A stretch of 63,946 bases of DNA, counting the filler, from Choristocarpus tenellus KU-1152 (taxonomy: Eukaryota; Protista; Phaeophyceae): NCBI GenBank assembly GCA_964200185.2. It is 11 parts of 11 records of this genome, joined end to end, with 100 filler letters (N's around TTAATTAATTAA, not from the genome) between each part and the next. Parts side by side here need not be neighbours in the genome. Positions count along the whole stretch, not along the records: positions 21,796 to 24,849 come from CAXNAD020022653.1; positions 24,950 to 29,394 come from CAXNAD020014520.1; positions 29,495 to 36,177 come from CAXNAD020007570.1; positions 36,278 to 41,095 come from CAXNAD020012947.1; 7 more parts are not named here. One strand, 5' to 3'. Position 1 is the stretch's first letter. Each line of letters opens with the position of its first letter. Positions 24,199-37,509 of the stretch are shown here, one piece after another. The position numbers and the translations under genes were made by a program. The notes under the pieces were generated by a model. That model searched no databases. It was not told the DNA's origin and worked only from the letters and a program-made list of their open reading frames with translations.

Positions 24199-27104
24199 AA
24201 TGTCTCGAAATGTAGCTCTTCTTTGGCAGTTACACAACAAGTACAACCGAGTAGAAATTAAAATATCACGTATTGTAGCTCTTCTCTGGCAGTTACAAAG
24301 CAGATTCTTACAGAGCAGAATTGTAAGGATATTGTAATGTAGTCACCCTATTGCAGTTACCAAGCAGGTATTTCCTAGTACAACAGACTATTAATGAAGA
24401 AGATCGGCATTTTAGCTTCTCTTTGGCGGTTTAAAACAGATATGGCAGAGTAGAAATGTAAAAGTCTAGCAATGTAGCTCCTCTTCGGTACTTGCAGAAC
24501 AGGTATAACGGAGTAGAAAGGGAAAAATCTGGGTACAATCCTGCTCATACACATCCCCCTTTTTATGGTTCTTGCTTGGGGTCAAAGTATCTGGGGGGGG
24601 GTGTCGGCACCCGTTTTTCACCCTTTTTTCGATTTTCAAGTTTTTTGTGTGATTGGGTCGCACATGTCGGATTTGAAAAGAGTGAAAGTATCTTAGAGGG
24701 TACGAGTTTTGCCCTGTTTGTCCATTTGGGGCTTGACTTCCCACGGGGTCTTATGACATTTTCCTTCTCCAAAAATATTTCAGAGTAGGTAAAATGTATA
24801 CATTATAAAAAGTTTTCTGGAACAAGGACCTTGACACTTCCTAACAAACNNNNNNNNNNNNNNNNNNNNNNNNNNNNNNNNNNNNNNNNNNNNTTAATTA
24901 ATTAANNNNNNNNNNNNNNNNNNNNNNNNNNNNNNNNNNNNNNNNNNNNCGACATGAAAAAATTGACCCCAAATGGACAGCCGCCACCCCCTCCCAGATA
25001 CTTCGAGCCAAAACGGTTCTGTCGCATCTGTTGCTAGTTTTGCTGAAATGTTATATCTCATTTCGGTTCTTTTTTTTATTGTACTATATCACAATTGTTA
25101 CTTGCTTCTCAACAGATGCGGCAGAACCTTTTAAAACGCTAATACGTAAATTGTATGCGTTATGAAAAGGTGTCACTGGAACAAGGATATTGGCACTTCC
25201 TAACGAATGGGATGGCCAAAATTGAATCAAAATCGCAACATTGGATTTTGGTCCTCAAATAGAGGCGGCTCTACCCTCTAAGATACATTGGCTCAATCCG
25301 TACATGCAACAATGCAAGGTGTAACACAGAAGCTGCAGAAACCTAATACCCACAAAACTCAACGTCAATATGGAGGCTTTTTCATAAATCTCTTCCACAC
25401 AAGTCGAATCCTGTACATATTCAACATCCAAGGTGTTGCTCTGAACGTTTTGAGACCTTGAGGTGTCCCAAAATATTGCTAAGTTGCTCATCCATTAGTT
25501 CATATATAGAAATTCATGCCCATTCTGGTGCTGGAGATCATCCTGGGATGGTCAACCTTTAGCATGCAATATGTCTATGAGGTACAAATTAAGCACAGAT
25601 AGGCAAAGAATGCTGATCTCAATCAAACATGGTACAACACACATGTGTTATTGGATTAAACATATCAGTTGCTACTAGATCTCTGGTGTACAATCTCCCC
25701 ACTGACTTGTGTCACTCCCTTTGCTCTTACATTGCATGATAGTTGTTTCTCCTAGCCATGCCTATGACTCAGAACCCCTCACCAACTCTTACCTTCTATT
25801 CCATGTTCAAAGGTACATATGCAGGCAATGGTGCTTGCACCCCTGGTTCGAAATAAGGGATTTCCTCTCCCATAGTCATCCCTGTTGCTGGAGGGGATGG
25901 CTTTGGGGTGGAGGGATGTAGATTCCCCCCTGATGTGGAAGACAACTTCTTGTTCTTTTTCTTTTTCCTCCCTTTTTGGTGTGTTTTGGAGTGTAGGAGA
26001 CAACAGGGGAACAGGCATGACGTCATGAAATGTTTAAGATAAAAATTGGAATCTGTCATTAGCACAACAGTTTGTACCTGAAGATAAATCACTTGTGCAG
26101 TGTAGACATCTCCAAACTAAGCAAGGCCATGCCCACATCTATCACACTTGCCAAATATGTATCCCATCTTGGGTGGGCAAGCACTGTATGATAGGGAATG
26201 AAATTAAGTACCCTCCCCAACATTTTACTCGGATAGCAACCATTTCCAAACTTGCTCCTTGTGTGGGGCATGAGGGAGCTTTGAGCAATATTCCAAATGG
26301 AAATCACAGCACTTGAGATTGAGAAGGACTTGATCTTCTGTAACAGTAGACTTTCTAGTCTCAGCAGTATTCATATACACCCTCAATGCACATGCTAAAT
26401 ACACACCCTCACCTCCCCGCTGTCCCCTGCAGTGAACAGACTTCTTATCACGCCTTATGCACCCACAGCATTCATTTCATTGCCTCATCATAGATTCGTG
26501 CAATTTCACTAGTGACCCTATAGAAAGAAGGTCATGTCATGAAGTACAAAGGGGGCATCAGTGTGCACAAATGGATGTTGCTCTGCCCATGGGCTGAATC
26601 ATACACATGAATGCATGTGATTGTAGGGGTGCATGTGAGTGTATATGCACAGGTGATCTATTGGGTATACTCTGAAGGGATGTGACTACTACCGCCACAT
26701 TTCTCAACGGAAAGTAGAATTTGACTCTACAAGCAGCACAACAACACCATCCCCTTCCCCCTCCTTTCCCACACCTCTCGACCTCCCCCTATATTCATTG
26801 CTTTCTCACCTTCTGGGAGATCCATCCAAGCCACTTGGTATTTTCCTCATGTGGAATTTTCTTTGCAGGGCACATGACCATACATGAAATGGGAAGGAAG
26901 GATGGGTGTGTTGAGGAGGTATCAAAAGGGGGGTGGAGTGCTAAATTGTTGTACAAATGTATAAATGGGGTAGGATGGTGAGTGCAGTACAAAACACAGG
27001 TGTTTTTTCTCCCCCTACTTATCATGCTAATGTATTTTGACCCATAGGTTGGTGAGAGGGAATCTCGTAGTTGATTTTCTTGTCGACACCAAAAGAAGGG
27101 GTCT

Positions 27105-27277
27105 GGCTCAAAGTATCAGGGGGGGGTGGCAGCTGTCCATTCGGGGTCCATTTCTCCATGTCGCAATTTTTGTCTGACTTGGTTGCATATGTCGGATAGA
27201 TAATGCACTTCTCTTGGTCAGGGTCCAAATGGACATCCTGTGTAGATCCCCCCCCTCCCTTCCGAATACTTTGAGCC
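27105..27277. mobile_element. MITE family C with 3-bp TSD TCT
   Basis: TIRs GGCTCAAAGTATC / AATACTTTGAGCC. Other copies at 41695-41872, 49860-50045 and 51200-51382; partial copies at 24950-25009, ~29540-29722, ~36025-36177 and 54598-54770. Confidence 0.88.
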
Positions 27278-28059
27278 TCTGGGGAGTGATCATACCCGTG
27301 AGGCAAGCTTCATTAAACTGTGACTAAAAATAAACTTGTTCAACCGGGGCATACATTCAGACACCGCACAGATTGTACCTCCATTCACAACGTTTAGAAT
27401 TCAAGCGGAGGGCAGGGGTGAGAGTACAGTAGATTTTTTGGGACTGGTATCGGTTCGCGAACTGCCGCAGAAGTGAAGAACAAGCAAGTTGTGAAGGAGG
27501 CTCTGTGATCACATTAATCCTGTGAAAGGATCATAGTTTCACAAAGTGGTGCATTGGCTAGGAGAAGTGTATGTATAGGATCTGGATATATCAAGGTGCC
27601 AAAGTTACGCGCCACGGTGGGGTTTGGCACAGATATACACCGCATGACAGACTGCCGATTCAAGGAACCATATCGCCATGGAGTTAACACCAAGGGCATG
27701 AAGTCTTCGCTAGGGAACTGAGGAAAACTAGCTACAGGGAACAATCGCTGCACGCTCGTGTAACAAGAGCCAGGCGAGTGGATATTCGATGACTGGCGTT
27801 TACGAAGGTAGTCAGATCCAGCGAAGTCGAGGTTCAGTTGTCTCACCCGTTGTACGAATACCCCACGAATCAAGGGGAGAATCCGCCACCAGGATGCTTC
27901 CCCCCTGAGCTTGACCATGTTTGAGATTTTGAAGCTATGGATACATCACTCAATATTTGCCAAACATGTCAGAAGTTATATCCCTCAAAAAACCTTTGCG
28001 GTTTCCAGTTCTTCTGAAAACGAAAGTCCCTTAAAAACTTTTCATTATTATTGGTATCT

Positions 28060-28779
28060 TTTTATTATTATGCCCTCTGAAAATTTTATAGATGCGTCAC
28101 AAGAAAAACCAATAAAAACTATTCACATCTCAGAAAAATCTCTTAAAAAGTAACTATTGTCACAAATGTTAAAAACATTTTTCTATTTACTATTTACCAC
28201 CACTATCCTGGACCAATGCCTTCCTGTGTCTCCAACCTACCTTAGTTCTGCACTCCAGGTTGAGGAGGTAGGGAAGCATCCCAAGAACCTAACAAGTCCC
28301 TTCTTGCCCATCTCCTTGGTGTCTCCAGCTTAAAACGCATGGCGCGTCTAGAGAGGGCCTCCTGTGTTGTAACAGAAACTTTTTGTCGTAGACGGGATTT
28401 GACCGCCCCTTTCCTGTTGTAACCTCCCGTCCTTCTCCCCCCTACCGTGTGCGTAGCTAGTTCATCGGGAAAACTTTCCGCATGCTTGCTGAGGCGCCCA
28501 AAACTTTTCACCGCTAAGGTGTTGAGGTTGTATCTACGAGGATCAAAAGAGCCCTCTTAGCGAGTGCACTTTGCGCCTCAGCTGCAGCAGCAGCTACACC
28601 ATTGCTGGTGGATGAGTGTGGCAGGTGAGATGCTGCCTGTACTTCTGTAAACGTAACATCCAGGAGGAGATCTTTGTCTCGGCAGGGAGCTGATCCAGCG
28701 TCTGCGAGTGCACCAGCATGGAAGAACAGATCCATGCGGAAATTCCTATCTACAGTAAATGGGTTGCCGTCCTCCATAT
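28060..28779 (-). mobile_element. CRE-like non-LTR retrotransposon remnant with complete 3' end ((AAT)n tail)
   Basis: MEDGNPFTVDRNFRMDLFFHAG..LLLDVTF..KSFGRLSKHAESF on the minus strand, followed by a 3' UTR ending cagagggcataataataaaa. Confidence 0.85.
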
Positions 28780-28786
28780 ACTACCT

Positions 28787-28944
28787 GGGTCAGAGTATCT
28801 GGGGGGGGGTGTCGGCGTCCGTTTTTCACCCTTTTTTCGATTTTCACTTTTTCGGNNNNNNNNNNATGCCAGCAAAAAAAAAGAGTTGTTTGACCGAAAT
28901 GGACGCCCCCTGACAAACCAACCCCCCCCCAGATACATTGACCC
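28787..28944. mobile_element. MITE family B
   Basis: GGGTCAGAGTATCTGGGG ... AGATACATTGACCC; flanks ACCT/ACAT (TSD with one mismatch). Confidence 0.8.
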
Positions 28945-30442
28945 ACATCTCACAATATTTTCATAGCATTCTTGAGATTTTGATATATCAATGAAGGAAC
29001 TAAGTAGGTATACATGCCTGCAGTAGACCCTAGCTCTGTAGGTTTTGTTGAAAAATGACGCCCATAGTATCCTACTGGGGGGGTCATGCGTCCATTTGGG
29101 TGGGGCCTTCGTAACTCTGCAGTATTTTGCATATTGTTTGGGTGAACATATCAGATGTAAGAGCAATTTCCTTGGTCTGAATGTACCTTCCTTCTTCACC
29201 TCCTTGCCTGAACCAGTCTAAACATAAATCCCCCAATAAATGGGCATCAAACTGGAGTGTTGAGTGAAAGATCTTAGAGGGTACGAGAATTGCCCTGTTT
29301 GTCCGTTTGGGGCTTGGCTTGGGTCAAAGTAACTGGGGGGGGGGGATTGTGAGGGGGGGTCCGTTTCGGTCAAACAACTCTTTTTTTTGCTGACNNNNNN
29401 NNNNNNNNNNNNNNNNNNNNNNNNNNNNNNNNNNNNNNTTAATTAATTAANNNNNNNNNNNNNNNNNNNNNNNNNNNNNNNNNNNNNNNNNNNNTAAAGC
29501 GAACCACCCTACTATCTTATCTCGAGACAGTGTGTGGGGGGGGGGGGGGGGGGGGGGGGGGTCTACACTAGGGTGTCCATTTGGGATATAACCAGGAAAA
29601 GTGCACTTACATTATCCATCCGACCTAAGCAACCAAATCACCCAACAATTGCGACATGAAAAAATTGGCCCCAAATGGACAGCCGCCACACACACACACA
29701 CACACCCCGGATACTTTGAGCCTCTGACACACTAATTTGTACTTCAAAGTGAAAATAGTATTAAAGTTGAATGGATGCCCTTGAGTAGTATGTACTCAGG
29801 AGAAGTATGCATTTTCATTTTCCCTTTTTTTGGTTAAACTTTGCTCTATGGCATGGAATGTACGAAGCCAGAAAAAATGATACCAGCATCAAGTACATAA
29901 AATAATGAGGGTAAAACAACCCATGTTACCCCCCCCCCCCCCCCTCTCTGCTGCATCACTCAGGTAAGGCAGTACAGACTCTCCTTCCCATGTACACACT
30001 ACACACATATAGTTGTCCACAAGATACCTTACCCCTGGCTATCAAGGCCGGTTCTCAAGGAGCCATTTGTTTTTGTAAGTTTGTTTAGAGTGGTGAAAAC
30101 ATCATACTACATAATACAGATATTGGTCACGGATTTAGTACATCTACTCACGTAAGTATGTTGACTGATGAGACATACGGTTTTCTTAGGGTTACGACTT
30201 GTGAACAGTGATCTTGGATAAATACAACAGGCAACCTTCGTTATGAACCACGCAATGTGTATGCGCACCACAAATTCCTTCTCGTTAATCAGCGTAGTGT
30301 TGCCATAGAACATTTACCTCCCTAATGTTGCAGACACACACCACTACTAACACTGTACAAGCTTCCCTCTACATTGGCGAAGAAGGGGGTGACAAAATAG
30401 AGCACTTACTATAACAATACATCCATCACATTTCTACATCTA

Positions 30443-30692
30443 GAGTCGAAGTAAACGAGAGGTGCACAGAGTTGCATTTTAAGGATACAAACATGTGCAA
30501 TATTCATTTTTTTACAACAACGTACAGCACATTTTCTGAATTGTGTCGAAAAGTCTCAAAACAAGAGGGAAATCAACGCTCTCAAGTCCAGCTTAGCACT
30601 TCATAGAAACATGGGTGAATTGCAAAAGATGAAAACACTGGCTTAAAATTCAAAACGGCCAAAACCTGGGTACCCCTCGTTTACTTTGACTC
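30443..30692. mobile_element. MITE family D (250 bp)
   Basis: TIRs GAGTCGAAGTAAACGAGAGG / CCCTCGTTTACTTTGACTC; homologous copies at 38760-39017 (inverted) and 45369-45626. Confidence 0.85.
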
Positions 30693-32077
30693 ACAAAGGA
30701 GGGCAAAGGCATCTCTGTCCCCAAAAAGTTGCTGGCTGTTGGCATGTGTTAGAGTGTGTTCGGTGATATGATTATATCAACTATTGCCTGCCAAGACTAA
30801 CTGATAAAATATTGAGAAGCAGCGGAAACAAATATCCCATGTTGACCAGCAAAATGGCCAAACCGCTTTGTCAGTCAGTCCGCCCATTCACCATAATCCA
30901 TTAATGACAGAGAGCAATGATTAACTCATGGCTGAGTGCCACCAGCTGTGGCTACCTCTCCAAGAGTACTTCCTAGTGACTGACATGGTCATGATAGCAC
31001 AGCAAAGCAGACTACACATACAAATAACGAATAATATATCTTGCTCCATTAAAAATACTAGAGTACAAATTCGCACAGTAAGGGTATTGCATCATTACCA
31101 AACCCAGAAGGTGATGAGATTCCTACTCACCTGTCCTTTCCCTTTGACTAATCAGACCTAACTAGTCATTTCAAATAATCAACCACCACTCTCCCTCCTG
31201 CTGCACTAAGTAATGTACACACCTATCAAGAACTGGGACAGACTACACACTTGAAGAAACCATTTCGAGCAAATACATGTACTTCTTTTTTCAAAACATA
31301 AATAAAATCTTTAGCATATTGTATCATCAGAAAGTAAGTGCTTCTAGCACACGTAAGTGATGAAACTCTTCCTATCATCTTTCCAAGTGTTTGGGCAGAG
31401 AGGACAGAACACACTAACCCACAACCATGTTTTTGTTGGTAGTCAAACCTTTACAGCATTGCATACTCTTAAACTGCAACATAAGATAGGAATAACATTT
31501 TAAAAATCGTATGCACCTACCTTTTCGGAAAACTGCAATTTCCTTGGCATATCCCTCAAATGAAATAATGGGGAGATCATGACACGATTATTATCAAGAA
31601 CAAGCAACATGCCGCAACTCCAACAACCCAAATACATTATCCATCCATAACACATCGGGATATACACCAGCAAAATACCAGACCGGGAAAACCTCCTTCC
31701 CTGCTGCATTCCACCCCCACCCCCCAGTCAAACAACAGCCCTATCCCCCCGCACACACACACATCCAAGGAACAAGACAACACATACAAACAAAATACAC
31801 CAAAAAACCATTCAAAATAGGCGACCACCCCTGCCCTCCCCCTCCCGTCCAGCAGGGCATGAAAGACAGCATGGTTAATCCAATCGGCAACACAAAGGAA
31901 GCACAAATATCACATGCCATTTGGGCAGGCAAATGGTACTGCACAACTGGAGGAAGGTGGAGCAGTCAGTGCCGAGAAGGTACAGGTTTGCCTCTAGAAA
32001 ACCCACACAATTGGGTTCAAGAGAAGCAGAGGCAGCGTGATTCAGCCCTGTGGTATCAACCGTGATCGCAGGCACTG

Positions 32078-33539
32078 TCAAGACTGTGAAAACACTTGTT
32101 GACAGAGACCTTGCACAGAGGCTAGGCCAGCCACTGCCTTCGAATATTCGTTACCCTGCGAGGCATCCAAGACCTCAGATACCACCAACTTAGCCTGTGA
32201 GACCACTGTTGCTAGCACCTGTGTGAGGAGTAGTTGCACAATTCAGAATCAAGGGTAGATAGGGGGGAGGGGGGGGTTAGTTGAGGGAAGGGGGGGTAAC
32301 CAAGCCACTGATAGATATTCGCAACACTGCTCGAAGTCTAATGTTGACAGGGTTCCATTGTAGTCTATGAGATTCCTTCAATGATACCCCTTGTCGAGTC
32401 TCACAGTGGACCGAGGCCGTCTACATGGAAATAAACCTATGTACGAATGGTTACAATGGAGAATCAAGTCAAAAGTGTCTGAAATAATATTAGGAGATGT
32501 TCTCATGTCCGTTAGGAGTCACTCACGATCCAGAAGTTCAAGTACAAACAACTACCACAGGAGCAAAACTTGAAACAAATATTTATAGTATTGAAGGAAA
32601 TTGTAAAATAGTTCTACTGTACTATATAGAGCAGTGGACTTGACTTACAAGAACAGACGGGGGGTAGAGCAGCTACCTGGGTAAGTAGAGTAGTCTCTGA
32701 CCATGTTGCCAAAAAATTAAAAACTGAACGAGCTTCACGCATGGTTTGACATACCCTCATTCCATGCATCAAACTGCAGCCAAGATTCATTGAAACATAC
32801 TTGGTTGAAGCATACTTACTGAAGCCCAGGAAATTTAGTCACCATTTCTGACACAAAGCAGGTGTGTAATGTGCAAGTGTACCACTACCTTACCACAAAA
32901 AATGCTGTCAAAGATCAGAACAGTCACACAAATCGCTGCAAGCACTAGAAACAATCCATCATCTATGCCAAAACCAAAATCAGAGTGCACACTATGCACA
33001 GCTTTATACCACCATAGTACCTTACACCCAAGTACACCGAATCTTGTAATCTACCCCTTACAAAACATGTACTTTGTAGAGTAGTACACAAGTACAGTAC
33101 ACCTTGTACTTCATCTCATTGTACCTTCTTCTTTGTGAAGTACACTACCAATTCAGTACTACATCTGTACCCAGTACACTGTACATTGAACCTTGCAACC
33201 ACCTAAGAGCTGTCATACCTGAGGATGTTCTTCCCAGCCATCTCCACCCCCCCCTCCTCTTCCTCTTCCTCCTCTTCCTCCTCCAGACTCCCTTGTATAG
33301 CCCTCCCCTGCACCAACGCCAACTCTACCCATACCTTCCCCCCCCACAGTCACAACAGCATCACCTGCAGGACCAGATGCCTGGGCACCTCCCGCCTCCA
33401 CACACACACCCCTTCCACCCCCCTCCCTTTGACGCTGCTGAGCACCCCCCCCTGCCCCCCTTGCCTCCCCCCGACCTCGGCAAAATGCTTTTTGCCTGAG
33501 CTGTTCTGTCACAAGTCCAAAGGACACATCCAGGCAGTC
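32078..33539 (-). CDS. Probable peroxin-3 (PEX3)-like protein, last two exons (33539-33219, 32218-32078)
   Basis: Phase-0 exons give DCLDVSFGLVTEQLRQKAF-[Gly-rich insert]-HPQ|VLATVVSQAKLVVSEVLDASQGNEYSKAVAGLASVQGLCQQVFSQS*. This resembles the PEX3 C-terminal helices (CLD.GF..L.....F / LA.IIP...N.Y...L......F...VY). The exon structure is solid; the identity is tentative. Confidence 0.5.
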
Positions 33540-36306
33540 CTATTGAGAAGATAAAACAGAGGAGAGAGGCCAAAAAGCAAAGGAGAAGTCTCACTCCTGT
33601 GTTGCATGCCTGCATATACGACACACTCTCATTTTCTAGTTGCCTCGTCACACATCATACTCAAAAGGTATCATGATATTATATTAGTGTGAATACTGCA
33701 AACAACAACGGCCGATGGTCTGTAGCCCTTCGTAGCACTACCATGTCCACCACAGAGCACTCTGGGAATGCAATGGGAAGTGTGAAGGAATAGGGCAAAA
33801 TATTCTTATTCTCAAGTACAGGTAGTATTTGTCATGCTAACAACAGATAAAAGTTGCTCTGTAGCCCTCTGTAGCACTACCATACTCACCACAGAGCACT
33901 GTAAAGACTCAACAGAACAAATGGGGACAACCACAACAATAAAATCGTTTCAGGGCATGCACACACAGAAAACGTCACAGTACGCTGAGCGTGTGCCCCC
34001 TGTACACTATGTGGTTGGTGAAGAGAAGGGGGCTGGACACAAACTACCTGCCGTACTATCTATCAATTAGTAAAACTCAGAAATACAGAAAACATTCAAG
34101 ATGCAAAATATCGAACGCATGACATTATTCTCATCGATCATTGAAGTGATCTCGTACCCCACCGATGTAAAATATATAGCACTCAAATATTGAGCAATTT
34201 TGCCCCCTTCCCGGTTTCCCCTCCCAGGGTGGAAAAGCCACTTTGAAAAAAAGCACCCAAACACAGCACAACAAACATCTCGTGCATACACCCTACAATG
34301 CTACTGAGAGCACACCATACATTTTTATCACCCAAACTGCCAGGTAAAATCAGTTCGCCACAGGTCAAGAGCAAAATCTTTGAAGTTCTCAGGGTTTGCT
34401 GGTTCAACCTCCGTAGGAACTCAATGGTGATCCACCCCATCCTGCCTCAGTGTGAGAACCACAAGTCCCATCCACATGAACTGCTCTAAAGTCCTGCTGA
34501 TCGGTCAGCATATCGTATCATCGATGATATGACAGCTACTGTACTGTAAAAGAACCAACACTGATCGAATCTCTCTCTCTCTCCCCCCCCCCCCCACCCA
34601 CAGTTCGTGAATGACTTAGTGCAGAGTCTCCTGTTCACCAACATTCCACACTCCATCATAGCAAAAATGTGTACTCCATTTCATGTTCTGCTCCAAATCC
34701 TTTACCATCAAACAACCCATCAGCAACAGAGGATAGCCTACCTATGGAAATGCGCATGCATCCACTCCTCACATAAACACCCTGTGTCTGTGGGGGTCAC
34801 CATCACGTCCAAACTCAACCTCAATCGCTTCACGTCGAAACAAAGATCGACAACAAACACAAACACTCCCATTCACCCCTTCCAGTGGGTAGGACTCCTT
34901 CACTACCACTGGCATTCTGTACCAAATAAATAAAAATACAATAATAATAATAATAATTGTTTCTTTCGGATAACAAAACAAACATGAAAAAGCAAAAATT
35001 AAAATAACAGTTAACATCATTGACTCAAAGTTTGCCCCCCCCCCCAAAAAAAACAACTACACACGCCTGAGAAATCTACTAGCTACAAAATATCATTAAA
35101 CATCGATGCTAATGTCACCACCATCTTCTTCCTTCACCGCCCAACAACCCTTGAGAGTCCCAAAAAACCCAGCTACAATACACTCCTGTTGTACTGTACA
35201 ATGGCCCTCATAGCGCTCCATCCTTGTCACACTCAAACATAAAAATGTTACTTGTAAGCACTATACACTCCTGATAATAGCTTCCGAGTGGATGTGACCA
35301 TTGCATGGGAGATGGCCAAGGCCTGGGCTATTCTACAGTTCGAGAAAAGAACTTCCTCCCACGCACTGCCGTGGCTAGCCAGAAGCAGGCACAACTATAT
35401 ACAAGAAGACTGCATCAGCATGAATGCAAGAAGATTGAAACCCCCAAGGCCCCAGGCTGGAGGAAGTCGGCGAAAGCCATCGTGGCGACGAAACCCAATG
35501 TCTTCATGGGCCTGGAGGGAACTCCCAACCATGCGCACTTACGAAAGTCTGTCGGAAGCCCACCTACCTTGACTTGTCTTCAAGGCTAGCCCGCGGTAGC
35601 TATAGCGGCGTCAGTGATACTGTGGAAAAAAATTGGGAGGCTTTTTTCATCCCCGAAGGCAACCGACTCGAGTATTGCTGTCATGGACCTGGAAAGGATT
35701 ATTGTCGCAACGAAAACTCTATTGGGGGACGAACACAGTGACAAAAAGCAACTCATGAGGCACAGTTTTGCTGGAGCCCCCCATCCCATCTTGTTGCCAA
35801 TTCCCCATTTCCCTCACACCTCCTGAATCTCAGCAACCTACTTCGGCACTCAAAGATTCACAACTCAATTTTCAAGCGTTTGAAAAGCGTTGTGGGGAGG
35901 CTTGAGAGTTTCGACAGGCAAAAGCCAAGGGGATTTTTTTTCCTGCAAGATGTTTTCCTACGGGAAAAGGCGTGGTGGAATGAAGAGATGTCTTCCGTCC
36001 AGGGAGCCAATCAGAAACAGCGGCACTATACACCAGGGTGTCCATTCGGGCCCTGACCAGGAGAAGTGCACTTACATTGCCCATCCGACGCATGCAACCA
36101 AATCACACAAAAATCACAACATTGAGAAATGGCCCCCGAATGGACAGCCGCCACTCCACCCCCCCAACCCCCAACCCNNNNNNNNNNNNNNNNNNNNNNN
36201 NNNNNNNNNNNNNNNNNNNNNTTAATTAATTAANNNNNNNNNNNNNNNNNNNNNNNNNNNNNNNNNNNNNNNNNNNNTGGTTGGGGGGGGGTGTGGGGGT
36301 GGAGGG

Positions 36307-37509
36307 GTGGAGGGGGTGGGGGGGGGGGGGGGGGGGAAAGGGGGGATAGGCTCTGTGCGACGCAGAAGGGAGGGAATCAGGCCGGTGGGGTTGAGGTCTG
36401 TTAGTGAAGGGTCGACACCTTCAGTGCCGAGGATGAGAACATCCCAGGACCGGTCAAGCAGGCGGCGTGCCCGGATGGATGAGGACGAGGGGGCAAGTTC
36501 TACATTCCGTCGACTTGTGTCTACATCAAGTAACGGCCCAACTACAAGCAACATTGATATCCACATTCACGCCATTGTTCCCCTCCGTTCTCCTCATCCA
36601 GTTGCTGGCCAGCCTGCCATGGGGACAGGTGGCGCTAGTCTGGTGGGGAGTGAGGGTGTAGAGACCAGTGCGGGTCAGGGACGACAACAGCAGTCTCCGC
36701 AGTCATCCTTTACACCAGCCATGGGTATGGTGATGGGCATTACCCCATTTCCAGCTGGACAGGCAGTGGCCGGGGACAGGAGGCAGGGATCTGTAAGCGT
36801 GCCGCAGGACCGCATGGCATCATCAGGGGCAGCCTCGACCATGGGGACAGCGTCTTTTGCCACCAACATTGTTGGTGCAAACCCTGGTAGGATAGAACGT
36901 GGATCAAGAGGAGGACCAGGGGTGAGTAGTACTGGGATTCGTGGTTTGTCTTTGGGGTCTGCTTTCCTCTCTGGTTCTTCGGCGCATGCGGACCCTGAGC
37001 ACTCCTCTAGCTTGTTGCCTGCCTCGGACCAAGCAGGGACCGCTGGTGTCCGTCGAGGAGGTGAGGTTGTTGGTATTGCTAGGACCACCGGGCAGCAGAG
37101 TACGAGGTACAGGTCTTCGGCAGCCCTTAGGACTGGTACAGGCTCTGAAGGACTCAACAGTTCTGTTGGAGAAGTAGGAAGGCATTTAGAGGAAGTACCT
37201 TCGATGTTGGGAAGAGATTTTGATGACATCGCACCTCGTCAAGGCCCATCATCTTCGGGTTCTCTTAGTGCAGAGTCTGGGCAACATCTCCCCAGGGGTA
37301 GTAGCGGTTCCTTTGTTGTAGGGGGGCGGGCGCATGGGGGTTGGCGCATGGGTGGATTCCTGAGGGCTTTTGGCTTGGGCACAGGTGGCAGAGCAGGCAG
37401 CCGACCTAATAGTCTTGACAATGTTATGGATGGGGATGGGAATGGGGGTGAAGGTGGCAGTGGCAGTGGCAGTGGCTCAAGGTCTGGATCGACTAGGGGT
37501 GACTCGTGA
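36307..37509 (+). CDS. Terminal exon of an unknown protein; Gly/Ser/Arg-rich, predicted disordered C-terminus (5' end lost at the contig edge)
   Basis: 1.2-kb open frame running from the contig start to TGA, with higher GC than the flanks; no recognisable domain. Confidence 0.7.
   Translation: MEGVGGGGGGKGGIGSVRRRREGIRPVGLRSVSEGSTPSVPRMRTSQDRSSRRRARMDEDEGASSTFRRLVSTSSNGPTTSNIDIHIHAIVPLRSPHPVAGQPAMGTGGASLVGSEGVETSAGQGRQQQSPQSSFTPAMGMVMGITPFPAGQAVAGDRRQGSVSVPQDRMASSGAASTMGTASFATNIVGANPGRIERGSRGGPGVSSTGIRGLSLGSAFLSGSSAHADPEHSSSLLPASDQAGTAGVRRGGEVVGIARTTGQQSTRYRSSAALRTGTGSEGLNSSVGEVGRHLEEVPSMLGRDFDDIAPRQGPSSSGSLSAESGQHLPRGSSGSFVVGGRAHGGWRMGGFLRAFGLGTGGRAGSRPNSLDNVMDGDGNGGEGGSGSGSGSRSGSTRGDS

Larger units (their letters stand above)
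22919..24530. repeat. Degenerate ~62-63 bp tandem array (gtagctcctctttggcagttacaaaacaggtataacagagtagaaatggaaa...), interrupted by two MITEs
   Basis: The core gtagctc(c/t)tctttggcagtta recurs at roughly 60-65 bp spacing, about 15 times. Confidence 0.8.

Noticed and set aside
27400-27918. 134-codon minus-strand ORF in a CpG-rich patch
   Set aside because: No recognisable motif or splice context; left unassigned.
34330-34830. Possible additional upstream exons of the PEX3-like gene
   Set aside because: Candidate segments contain stops or lack convincing phase-compatible splice sites.
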